Part shown: piece by piece, positions 10,587-23,959 of the stretch | Position numbering within the stretch: the stretch's first letter is position 1 | Layout: every line of letters begins with the position of its first letter | Assembly: GCA_050084515.1 (NCBI GenBank) | Contig: CM114271.1 | Location: forward strand, 11,346,001 to 11,410,000 | Direction: 5' to 3' | Origin: Blasia pusilla | Lineage: Eukaryota | Length of the DNA stretch: 64,000 nt | Translations under genes and position numbers: made by a program | The notes under the pieces: generated by a model | Database searches by the model: none | What the model was told of the DNA's origin: nothing | Seen by the model: only the letters and a program-made list of their open reading frames with translations

Positions 10587-12707
10587 AATGGGATCATTGG
10601 TGCTATTTTGACCAAGATGGTGGCAACTCACAAATCAGATTGGGATAGGAAATTAGCTTCAGCTGTCCATGCTTACAACACAGCTGAGAAGAGTACAACA
10701 GGGAAAAGGCCCTACTTCTTGGTGTATGGGCAAAACCCTCTCTCGGTAGTAGAGTTGGAGTTGAAGACTCATCACACTCTAGAAGGGCACTTCCAACCTG
10801 AAGGTGGCATAGATAGCACGCTGGATATGATTGATGCCCTAGAGGAGGAAAGAAAGGCAGCATTGGAGAAGACCAAGGCGGTTCGGCAACAAAGGAAGAT
10901 GAGGTTTGATAACCGAATAAAGCATGATCCAGTGAAGGATGGGGACCTGGTGCTGATGTATGATAGTCGACACCAAAAGTTTTCAGGAAAGCTGCACATT
11001 CGACAGCTTGGGCCTTATCAGGTGGAGCTGAAGAGCATCCAAGGGAGTGATGAGAGCAGGTGGAGCTGAAGAGCATCCAAGGGAAGTGATGAGAGCAGGT
11101 GGAGCTGAAGAGCATCCAAGGGAGTGATGAGAGTAGGTGGAGCTGAAGAGCATCCAAGGGAAGTGATGAGAGCAGGTGGAGCTGAAGAGCATCCAAGGGA
11201 GTGATGAGAGCAGGTGGAGCTGAAGAGCATCCAAGGGAAGCTCGAACCAGCTTGAGAAGAAGCAAGCATGGGAAGAATGTAAAGGTAGGTCTTACCTTCA
11301 AGCATGTCCAAGAGACAAGTCGAGCCTATGCCATCAATGCTGCTCAAGAGACTTTAGTTAGGACAGGTTCAGAAGTAGATGAGGTAGAAATTTCATGCAG
11401 TAGATGCCTTGGAGTAGATGCTTAGGGGGAGGTAGATTTGTAGGAAGGTAGGAACCCTGAATGCCAGAGAAGCCCAAGTGGGAAGAGGGCTCTCAGCTTC
11501 ACTTATAAATACTCAGTTGGGTTTGCTTGAAGGGGGGCATATACATGTTGTTGGCTAGTAGACACTCAATCTCTTGAGCCAAGCTAACCAGCAGAGTTAT
11601 GTGCTCCCAGATCTAGGTAGTGTGTAGTGTGCTTGAAGGGGGCTGAGACTAAGAAGGTCTCCCATGTACTCGATGATTTTTTTGATACACAGAAGGTAGC
11701 CCTGTGAAATGAGTTCACTCCACTACCCTGTATCTGAGTTTGTGCATGATTGAGTGATGAGTTTGGGGGGTTGATGAAGTGAGATTCTTGGAGCTGATTC
11801 AACTAATCATTAAAAAGTGTAGTGAGTGGACAAGAGGCTATACCAGTAGAGGGGAGGCAAGCTTGGGTTCCAAGATTGTGCTCCACCAAGATGTGCTTGG
11901 AAAGCTTGCTGTTCTGCCCACCTGAGCTTGGCCTTTGACACCAATCATTGATTACTTCCTGGGTGTGACAACTTGGACTTCCAGGTCTGGTAAGTGATAA
12001 GAGTTAGTGAGTGGAGAGAGAGAGAGAGGGTCATGCTTGAGCTCCCCTATAGGTAGAAGACCATGGGCTCAGCCTATTAAGTCTCCTACTACCTGAACAA
12101 GAAGGGAGAACAAAGGATCAGCAAGGTAAGAGGAGAAGAAGAAGGGACGTGGGTGTTGGTTTGAGCAAATAGAGAGTTTCTTTCCTTTCAGGCTACCCTA
12201 GGGGTGGATGATTATACTAGACAGCGTATTGGATGGCCTTATGTTTTTTTTAGTAGTCTCTAGTTGTGAGCCTTGAGTATGTGTGCTGGTTGAATTCCCA
12301 CTGAGCACTCTATCTAAGGACTCAAAACTACACCCAAGCTCTCACTAGATACTCGGTGAGGAGAAAAAGGTGATTGCACTACCTGATCGGTTAGGAGTTG
12401 GGTGTGCTTTAGAGGATGTCCTTGGTACATTCAACTAGTCCAAGGCAGCACATTGGAGGACCTTATGCTGTCTGGTCATTCTTGACTGTGATTTCTAAGT
12501 AGAGTGTGCTTGTTGGGTTCCACTGGCCACTCCACTCAAAGCACTCAAGAGAAAGGAAGGAGTTTTGGTTAGTAGGGTGAGGACAGGATTGTGATATTGA
12601 AGTGGAGAGAGTTTCTCTAGCCTCTTAAGGTAAAGAGGTGGGGTTTACAGCTGTTAAGGAGTACATCTTGTAGATCTGATCTTTTGATCTGGCCCTAAGC
12701 TCTTACA
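10587..12707 (+). mobile_element. 3' fragment of an unrelated Gypsy element: integrase C-terminus, PPT and probable 3' LTR (about 11439-12707)
   Basis: NGIIGAILTKMV..DWDRKLASAVHAYNTAEKSTTGKRPYFLVYG...GDLVLMY..KL...GPY; purine tract 11424-11436 followed by tgtagg...cttaca. Confidence 0.75.
11019..11240 (+). repeat. Tandem repeat of alternating 38/39-bp units (about 5.8 copies)
   Basis: Unit caggtggagctgaagagcatccaaggga(a)gtgatgagag starts at 11019, 11057, 11096, 11134, 11173 and 11211. Confidence 0.95.
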
Positions 12708-12790
12708 TGGGACCGAACTGGTGGAACTAGCAACATTTTCTCCTGGGTTGTGTGCTGGCCATGTATTACCTGGTGAGACATCTCTCTTTG

Positions 12791-13293
12791 TAAAGTAAAA
12801 TCCAATCTCTCTCTACACCATCTCACACCATAGCTCTCAAAGGTGTGCACTCTCTCTCATGTCAAACCAAACCCACTCTCCTAATGAGAGGCTTGGGTTA
12901 CACTCACAAGGCAAGGGACCATAGCTCCGTTGCCTTATGCCAAGAGGTTCAACAAAGAGAGAATAAGCTCTCAAGCTCCCTCTCTTGGAGGTATACCCCC
13001 TTCCCTCTCCCAAGCCCTCTCAACGGTAATCTATGTTTGCAGGTCACCTCCTTGGCTCTTGACTTGCTGTAGCGGGTCAAGGGCCACTTCGCAAAGTGGA
13101 AAGTGAACTATCCCCAACATGGAAACTTAACCGAAATACTAAGTTTCTCTATATGGCTCCAAATGAGCGGAAATGAAGGGGAAACATGCTCTCCCAGGTT
13201 TCCCAGGCCTCAGCACGTCATTCTCGACCTCCTAGGCCTGTCCTCCACTACTCGTGAAGACGCTCTGGTAGATCCCACCGATCTATCCTAACA
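12791..13293 (-). repeat. 5' terminal repeat (B segment) of copy 1
   Basis: Near-identical to about 997-1500; ends ...gatctatcctaaca immediately before the TSD gtcct. Confidence 0.9.
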
Positions 13294-13653
13294 GTCCTGA
13301 TGAGAGTTTGCGGAGAGTTGATGTTGTTGGTGTGCAGACACGGAGGGCGATGGGAGAAGCGAGTGCGATGACTCCTAATGCTGATGCTCGGGAGGAGCAT
13401 GTGCCGAGTACGATGTTGGGGGCGGCCACGATGGTGTACCATGCTCTGTTGTTTTCTGCTTTCGATGTTATGATGTTGGGAGGTACGCCCGCCAAGGTTT
13501 TCTGGTTGGCCGCTATGCTATGTGAGCGTGGAGATGGAGTTCTTGCATCACGTTCAGAGGTGATTGCAAAGGAGGTGATGGGGATGCCCTTGGAGCTGAT
13601 GCTCGGGTTGTCCACCTCAGATTCATGGCAGGTTGCAGCTACTAGGATGGCGG

Positions 13654-14217
13654 AGAGGAGAGGAAGAGAGGAAGAGAGGAGAGAGGAAGATATTGGCAAC
13701 CCCTAGGGCTCTTTTGGTTTGAAGAGAGTTTCCGACAAGTTGAAGAGAGGAAAAATTTGACAAGTTGAAAAGGAAAAATTTTCCAAAAAAATTGGTGGTG
13801 AAAAAAATTTTGAATTTTTTTTTACCTTTTCAACTCGTCGGAATCCAATGGGTTGCAATTTATTTTTTATGGTTAAGGAAAAATTTTCATTTTTTTGGGT
13901 TTTTTTAACATTTGCAACCCGTCGGAGTCCAACCGGTTGCAAATGTTAAAAAAACCCAAAAAAATGAAAATTTTTCCTTAACCCACAAAAAAAAAAACCA
14001 AAAAATTGCATCCCATCGGATTCCGACAGGTTGCACTAAGTTTCCTCTCTTCAAAAAAAATCTCAAAAAAATTACTCACTTATTATCCATAATCTTCATA
14101 TTTTTTGAAGAGAGTTTCAGTTTTCTTTCCCTTTTGTGCCTTTTTTTTAAGAGAGGCTCTACTCTCTTCCTCTCTTCCTCTCCTCTCTTCCTCTCTCCTG
14201 CCAGAATACCAGCCCCT
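13654..14217. mobile_element. Foldback/MITE-like non-autonomous DNA transposon, possibly Mutator-like
   Basis: Long imperfect palindrome centred near 13928, with (GA)-rich and (TC)-rich ends. Flanked by the duplication ggatggcggaga at 13645-13656 and 14218-14229. Interrupts copy-2 gag. Confidence 0.75.
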
Positions 14218-15059
14218 GGATGGCGGAGATGCCCACTAGACCCACGATAGAGCATGCCATGGTTGCTCCAGGTGTTGTGTTGCTAGATAACCAAAGAGAG
14301 ATCTTTGAGTTGGTGAGTCCAGGAGGTAGATTGTTTTTTTCATAGCATGTCTTGTTAGATTCAGGAGTACAACCCCTGATGTTGGGGAAGGCGGCATTGA
14401 CGAGGTTGGGCCTAACGAGGGCCGATGTGGAGCGTTGTCCATTAAGAATACATACATCCTTGGGTGGAGCGAGTACCACATACTTTATCACCCGCCATGA
14501 GGTCGTGGTGAGGATTTGCCTAGGACATCCTACAGATGAGTCCGTGGTACGAGCCAAGCCAATCGTGATCGATGCACAGTCCTACGACGTCTTGGTTGGT
14601 GGAGGAGTGTTGTACCCGATGGGATTTTCCTTGGATTACTAGGAGGAGTCAGCGTCCTACAGACCAAGATGGTAGTTTGGCGATGGGCGAATTAGCTCAT
14701 TACCTGTTTGATTCACGAGTGGAGTGATCGAGCGATGGCCAAGAGAGATGGCAACTTTAGGAGCATTTAGCAGCGCCATCACGTGACCTTCTGATTTGAT
14801 TGAGGGGCATGTCCGTAGAGGACATCTCGCGCCTGACACTTCTAGGGAGAGGAGTGTTATGGTAGCCGCATCATTCTGTGGAGGAGAGGTGCCGCCGTGG
14901 GGCTCAAGTGAAGATCTCTGACGTTTATCTGATGAGCACGTGTAGACGGCTTGGACTGAGGCGTTTGCACTAGAGCGTTCCGGGTCAAAGGGACTCGAGG
15001 TAGCCGTAAGTGCTACTATGATCCCTTTCGACATCACCCCGATTGTGTGGTGCATTCCA

Positions 15060-16030
15060 GAGGAGGGTATTTGCGTGTTGGATCTCTTTGGAGATATGAG
15101 CACTGGCTTAGCTGCTGTTTTGTAGGCAGGAGTGCGTGTACAGAAGAACTTCTACTACTGCTGTACGTGAGATTGATGATGTTGCAATGCGCGCTTCACT
15201 TCACATGTAGCGCACTTACACCTCCGATTTCCTGACTTATTGTCTACGTCCGCCATCTAGGGATACAAGAGTTCCCTACCGAGGGACATTTCATTGTTGG
15301 GGGCGTAGGACTTGGAGCGGGTACGGACCATAGATTTGGTCATTGCTAGTTGACCATGTCAGGGTCAATCGAGTGTTGGACAAGGTAGCGGGTTGGTTGA
15401 CACTCGATCAGGTTGTTTTGGGAGATGAAGCGGATCTTGCGACACTTGCAAGAGCATCAGTCTCGTTCTCCAGCATACATTATGGAGAATATTCTGATTT
15501 TGGGCGATTTGAGGTCTTGCATGATGACAGTGCACATCAAGTGCACGCATGGATTGGCCCGACAATGTTGTTGGATGCGGAGAGTGTAGGTTCACAAGCA
15601 CATCGCCCACGTCTTTGGTGGACCAACTTGATGCCACATGAGATTTTGCAAAGGGCGTACGCGAGAGTGGATCGCCCCTCCCATTTGTTGGTGGATTCTA
15701 TTCTAGATCTAGGTCGTCGGTCACAGGCAGTACGACACGATGATCGACCTCCGTTGATTATGGTCAATAGGATTGGCATGCCATGAGCAGCCTTTCCCAC
15801 ATTGGTGAGTTTTCCCTCTCCCTATGCATTGAAGGAGGGCGGACCTGGTTTGGTTTGGGATGCAAAGTACAGCGGTTGGTGGAGCCTAACGCCACCAACC
15901 ACATGGGATTTCCCACAATAGTGACAGAAGTATCGTCACTATCAGAGGCATTACGACGACATGTCCTGGGTCAGGCGATGGACTGCTTAACATGGATTTT
16001 CAGCTTAGGAATAGCTGAGCAACGTCGTTT
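15060..16030 (+). pseudogene. DNMT3-like methyltransferase domain (copy 2)
   Basis: ICVLDLFGD; IDLVIAS*PCQG (about 15330-15365); YIMENI; GSQAHRPRLWWTNL; LVEPNA..MGFP...RRHVLGQAMD. Confidence 0.9.
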
Positions 16031-16629
16031 GAGGTTGCGACACATTATAATTATTGTGTTGGTGAGCCCCATGCCTATCAAAACCGTTGAGGCACTGGCT
16101 AGGGGCGAGACCCGAGGAGATTGACACACTAGGGATGATCGAGAGAAACACCCCTAGACTTCTTGGGATGTTTTGCAAGTACGCTAGGAGATGCTAGCCA
16201 CAACATCGAGCATGGTTTGGTTTGGCATGCACGTGGAGATCAGAGTTTGCAGTTGGCTATAGGGGAGCAATCGAGTTTTGTTGTCTGAGACAGGGTTACA
16301 CCATAGCAAACACCATGGTTGGAGTAGGACTAGTGGAGATGTCGCATGGAGAGTATGCATCTGCCACTATCATGCTTGCCAAGAAGGATGCGCATGGTAA
16401 CTGGACGGATACGCGGATGTGTGGAGATTACCAACCTATCAATCGGCATACGAAGTCCAATAGATATGCCATGCCTACCCTTGAGGAGATGTTTAATGCT
16501 ATTGGGCATGCAAAGGTCTTTAGTTTGTTAGATCTTCAAGCCGGAGGCCATTAGTTGCCTATCAGATAGGAGGATAGGCAGAAAACGATATTTTGGGGCA
16601 TCGATCCTCATGGGAAGGATTGCTTGTAC

Positions 16630-19077
<2,448 letters not shown>

Positions 19078-21459
19078 GCTTGTATGAGTGGTGGTTCTTA
19101 CCATTTGGGTTAAAGAATGCGCGGCTGAGTTTCAGAGGGTCATGGATAGAATCGTGGTAGGTCTCGATTTTGCTAGGTGTTATATTGATGACATCGTAGT
19201 CTTTAGCGCCATGGTTGAGGAGCATGAGCCACATCTAGAGGAGTTGTTTTGACGATGGCAGTTATATGGGCTGAAGCTACATCGAGGCAAGTGCAAGTTC
19301 TTCTACGACTAGATTGAGTACCTAGGTCATACCATATACCCAAGTGGCCTTGGTGTGGAGCAGAATAAGGTAGAGGCTATTTCATGCATTCCACGCGCTA
19401 CACATGTGAGTCGAGTTCGTGCATTCATGGGATTGGAAAACTTCTATCGACGTCAAGGTTTTCACTTCAATTGCGAAGCCGCTAACTTTGCTGACCAAGG
19501 TGGATCAGGAGTGGCATTGGGGGGATGAGCAGGAGAGAGCATTTCAGTTGCTCAAGGACACATTGACATCTGCGCCCATATTGAGGAGACCGATCAAGGG
19601 GCGTCCTTTCCAATTGCATATCGATTGGAGCATGTTGGGACTTGGAGCCGTGCTCATCCAACATGACGATGATGGTAGAGAGTTCGTGGTGGCTTACGCT
19701 AGTTGCTCAAAAAACATTGCAGAGGCAAAGTATAACTTGTATGAGGGTGAGTGCTTGGCTGCAATGTGGGTTGTTGCACATTTCAGGTGTTATCTATTTG
19801 GCAACCCCTTTACCATTATTATTGATGATCAGCCACTTAAGTGGTTGATGGAGTCCGACAAGCTTATAGGAAAGCTTGCAAGGTGGGCTCTTTTGTTGCC
19901 GGAGTATGACTTCTAGGTGGTGCATAGACCTGGGATGCTCAACCAGGATCTAGATGGTTTGAGCCGTAACCCATGTTCGAGTTAGCGAGATGCGACTGGA
20001 GCTCATTGGCATGGAGAGAGTGATGAGGAGTTGGTGCTAGGATGGCACACGTTAGGCTATTTGGGCTTGTTGGCTATAAAGAATCAAATTCTTGAGACTT
20101 CGATGGCGAGGTCTTATGAAGAGTCCTTAGATCTAGAGGCCGGTGAGGAGACAAGAGGTGGCCGAGATATTCACGACGATGGATTAGTCTTGGAGTACCT
20201 GCGTACTAGCAGCGTCGCGAACACAATGGGTACTAAAGAGCGGGATCGGATCCTACAACAAGCCAAACGGTTCCGGTGGGAGAGGACCCATGTGTTGCAA
20301 GTTTGGGAGGATGGTAGAGTATGTGTATTGCCTCATCCTTCATAGAGAGCACGTTTGGTATGTCATGCCCAAGAGGAGTTGGGTCATTTTGGAGTGAAGC
20401 GGACGTACATCTAGCTTGCTCCAGATACAATATTGGTGGCAAGGCATGCATACTGACATTCAGTAGTTTGTTGCCAGATGCATGATGTGTGATTGGGTCT
20501 AGGCATCGTTCAATGCTTTGACTCCACAATTACATCCACTTTCGATCATGGACTTAGGTTATAGATGGAGTTTGGATTTTGCCAGACCTTTACGTTTGAC
20601 ACAGCACCATAGTCGTTATGTGTTGGTGATGGTCGAGCACTTCTCAAAGTGGATAGAGTTTGTTACATTGCCTGACAAAGCCAATGAGGGAGTAGCGTAT
20701 GCCTTCCTAGATCGAGTCATTACAGCGCACCAACTGAGGTGTTGATAGACGAGGGTACAGAGTTTTGTCGGGAGTTTCAAGCCTTGTATGATCAGGCGCT
20801 GATCGACCACCGCACCACTTTGTGAGATCATCATGAGATGGATGGACTAGTGAAGAGGATTGTGCAAACAGTGAATAGAGGATTACGCATGTATGCCTTG
20901 GAGAGAGGTCATTTAGGAGATTGGGACCTCCAATTTCCGAGGTTGGCGATGGGATACAGATACAGCAAGCAGAAATCCTTAGCGTCTTTCTCACTGTTCT
21001 TGCTACTTTATGGTCGAGAGCCGGATTTACCTGTGGCCATTCGTCGAGATGTTGTTGAAGTGATGAACCTTGATGACCTTGATGTATGGATGCGATCATG
21101 TTCATAGAGGGCTGAGTTGTTTAGGAGAGTGATGCCCATGGTGTTTGAGAACTTGGCGATTGCGCAACATTGAGATACGTTGAGGTATACGACTATTTGG
21201 GAAGGTGATTATCGACCTACTATCCGTAGGTTTCATCAGGGATAATATATCTCCTTGCAAGAGATGGAACCTATGAAGTTGGATATGACTGTAGGGCGCA
21301 CTATCTTGAGAGTGCGTGAGGTTTTGCCATCTGGTGTTCTCTTATTGGAGGGATGCGATGGTATGGCTTGGAAGGACCATGTGCGTAACTATGCGTCAAG
21401 TCACCTTCCTAACATTGATGGTACAATAAATCCGAGCTTAGTAGTAGTTCTTGCAGGCT

Positions 21460-21605
21460 TGCAATGTATGTTGTGTGGTTATGCCTGTGGTGCAGCCACT
21501 ATGCTAGTCTGTGATGGATGTTTGAGAGGATGGCATATGGCATGTTTGACGCCACCTCTCACTAGGGTTCATTGGGGATAAGGGATGTGTCCTAGATGTA
21601 CATAG
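21460..21605 (+). pseudogene. PHD finger at the integrase C-terminus (copy 2)
   Basis: CMLC...MLVCDGCLRGWHMACLTPPLTRV, then MCPRC after a frameshift. Confidence 0.88.
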
Positions 21606-21786
21606 AGTAGGTAGTTCTAGATTCCAACTTGTGTCTCTAATATGGATGACAAGAAGGCGAAAAATGATGGTGCCACAAGAGCACCCAACCTTTTTGCTCT
21701 TAACGTCCGAGAGATGTATGTCATAGTAGGTAGGGATAGATGGCTATCTGGAGTTAGAGAGATCTAACCACCAACTAGGGGGCGAT

Positions 21787-22551
21787 TGGAGATATTTTGG
21801 TACTGCTCGTCTTGTTGTGTGTATTCCATGAGTTAGCATGGGATTGCGTATGTTTGTGTGTATGTTCGATGACTGCGATGGATATTGTGTAACGATGTGT
21901 ATGCGCACGACAACTATCACGTCTTTAAGGATAGATCGGCGAGATCTAGTAGAGCATCTTTGGAGATACTGGAGGATATCTTCAAGAGGTCAAGGATGAC
22001 ATGCTAAGGCCATAGGTAGCATACGAGAGCAAGTTTTCCTTTTGGTTCGGCTCATTTGGAGCCATATTGAGGAACTTACTATTTTAGGTAAGTTATTGTT
22101 TTTGGTATAGTTGAATTTTCACTTTGGGAAGTGGCCCTTGTTTTGCTACAGCAAGTCAAGAGCCAAGGAGGTGACTTGCAAGCATAGGTTACCGTGGAGA
22201 GGGCTTGGGAGGAGGAAGGGGGTATACCTCCAAGAGAGAGAGCTTGCGAACTCATTCTCTCTTTGTTGAACCTCTTGGCATGAGACGGCGGACCTATGGT
22301 CCTCCTTACCTTGTGTGTGTAATCCAAGCCTCTGATTAGTAGAGTGGGTTTGGTTTGACATGAGAGAGACTGCACACCATGGAGAGCTTGGTGTGAGATG
22401 TTGATGCGAGATTTCATTGATTTATTGGAGATATTTTAGTACTTCTCGTCTCGTTGTGTGTATTCCATGAGTTAGCATAGGATCGTGTTTATTTGTGTGT
22501 AGGTTTGATGACAATGATGTATGTTATGTAGCAATGTGTATGTGCACGATA
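21787..22551 (+). repeat. 3' terminal repeat block of copy 2: A (21787-21912), 11-bp spacer, B (21924-22425), A (22426-22551)
   Basis: tggagatatttt...gcacgaca/ta occurs twice; B is homologous to 995-1500; G-run taggggg at about 21776-21782. Confidence 0.88.
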
Positions 22552-22579
22552 CCCCCCTCTGCATCTTTAACATCTTCCT

Positions 22580-23930
22580 CTAACATCTCCTCTATGCGTA
22601 GTACCCTGAATTACGCTGGATGTTATGGCTACCAACTCCTGATGTACCTGCAAAACATCCCAACAAGTCCAAGGGTGTCTCTCTCGATGACCATTAATAT
22701 GTTGATCTCCTTGGATCTTTCCCCTAGTCATTGCCTAAACCGTATCGGTAGGCATGGGGCTCATCAACGCAATAGATATGACGTGTCGCAACCTCATCCG
22801 ACGGTGCTCAGCTACTCCTAAGCTGATGATCAATGTCAAGCAATTCAGATCCATCGCCTAACCCAAGACATGATGTCGATGCCACTAATAGTCATAGTAT
22901 TGTTATCACTCTTGTGGGAATTCCCATTTCCGGCTCTTGCTCATCGGTGTTGGGCTCCACCAATCGATAAGCCTTGTCATCCCAGACCAAGCAAGGACTG
23001 ACCTCCTTGTGTGCATAGGAAGTGGGAAAACTCAAAAAAGTGGGAAAGGCTGCTCGTGACATGCGAATCCTATTGACCACAATAAATGATGCTCATGTGC
23101 TCATGAACCTATACTCGCTGCATCCAAAAATATTGTTGGGTCGATCCATGCATCCACCTGATGTGCACTTGTCACCACCCATGACCTTGAGTTGCCCAAG
23201 ATCAATACATTCTTTTAAGATGTACTTTGGGGAATGAGGTTGATGTTCCGACAAATGTTGCAAGATCCTCATCATCTCCCCAAACAATATGGAATGAGTA
23301 TCAGCTAACTTGCTACCTTGTCCAACACTCAAGTGGCCTTGACATGACCAACCAGCAATGAACAAATTCATGGTCCCTACCCGCTCCAAGTCCTACGCCC
23401 CCATAAAAGAACTGTCCCTTGGTAGCGACCTGTGGTGCCTCCTATACGGATGACATAGACAACAAGTTTCATTGGGAAAATGGAGGCATAACTATAGTAA
23501 ATGTTGAAGTGAGATGCGCCTCAAAATCTCATCAAGCTCCACATACAAGCACTGGCGCATACGCATCCCTACCTACAAAACAACAACCAACCCAATTATG
23601 ATCCCTCTAAGAAATCCAATACCTGAATAGCCCCCCCTCTAGGATGCCCCACACAATTGGTGTGGTGTCAAAGGGTGTCATTGTAGCACTCCCGGCTACC
23701 TTGGGTTCCTATGACCCATCATGCTCTAGTGCAAACATCTCACTCCACACTATCTCCACATGCTCATCGGCCAAGCGTCGGAGCTCCTCACTCGAGCCCC
23801 ACACAGGAACTTCTCCTCAAGGGAATGATGCGGCTACCATAACACTCCTTTCCGTAGAAGGTGCTAGACAGAGATGTGTGCCTTGCATGGACATGCTCCT
23901 CAATCAGATGTGGTCTCATGAGGGGACCAC
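22580..23930 (-). mobile_element. DNMT/PHD Gypsy copy 3: fragment with the DNMT3-like domain and flanking linkers
   Basis: Collinear with about 5010-6430: ERVGTMNLFIAGWSCQG, YILKE, LVEPNTDEQEPEMGIP. Confidence 0.85.
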
Positions 23931-23959
23931 ATGTGTAGTTGTTAGGGATTTAGTGCTTG

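Larger units (their letters stand above)
870..13293 (-). mobile_element. Ty3/Gypsy-type retrotransposon copy 1 (gag-PR-DNMT-RT-RH-IN-PHD), degenerate, bounded by 5-bp TSD gtcct, with a secondary insertion near its 5' end
   Basis: TSD gtcct at 865-869 and 13294-13298. Terminal repeat B at about 995-1500 and 12791-13293. Domain order PR-RT-RH-IN read from minus-strand ORFs, with many stops and frameshifts. Confidence 0.9.

Noticed and set aside
11019-11240. CRISPR-like array
   Set aside because: Units are contiguous with no unique spacers, there are no cas genes and the context is a eukaryotic TE.
870-13293. DIRS/Ngaro tyrosine-recombinase element
   Set aside because: It has a DDE integrase, an aspartic protease and a 5-bp TSD; the MTase has C5 (PC/ENV) motifs rather than adenine-MTase motifs; no YR motifs were seen.
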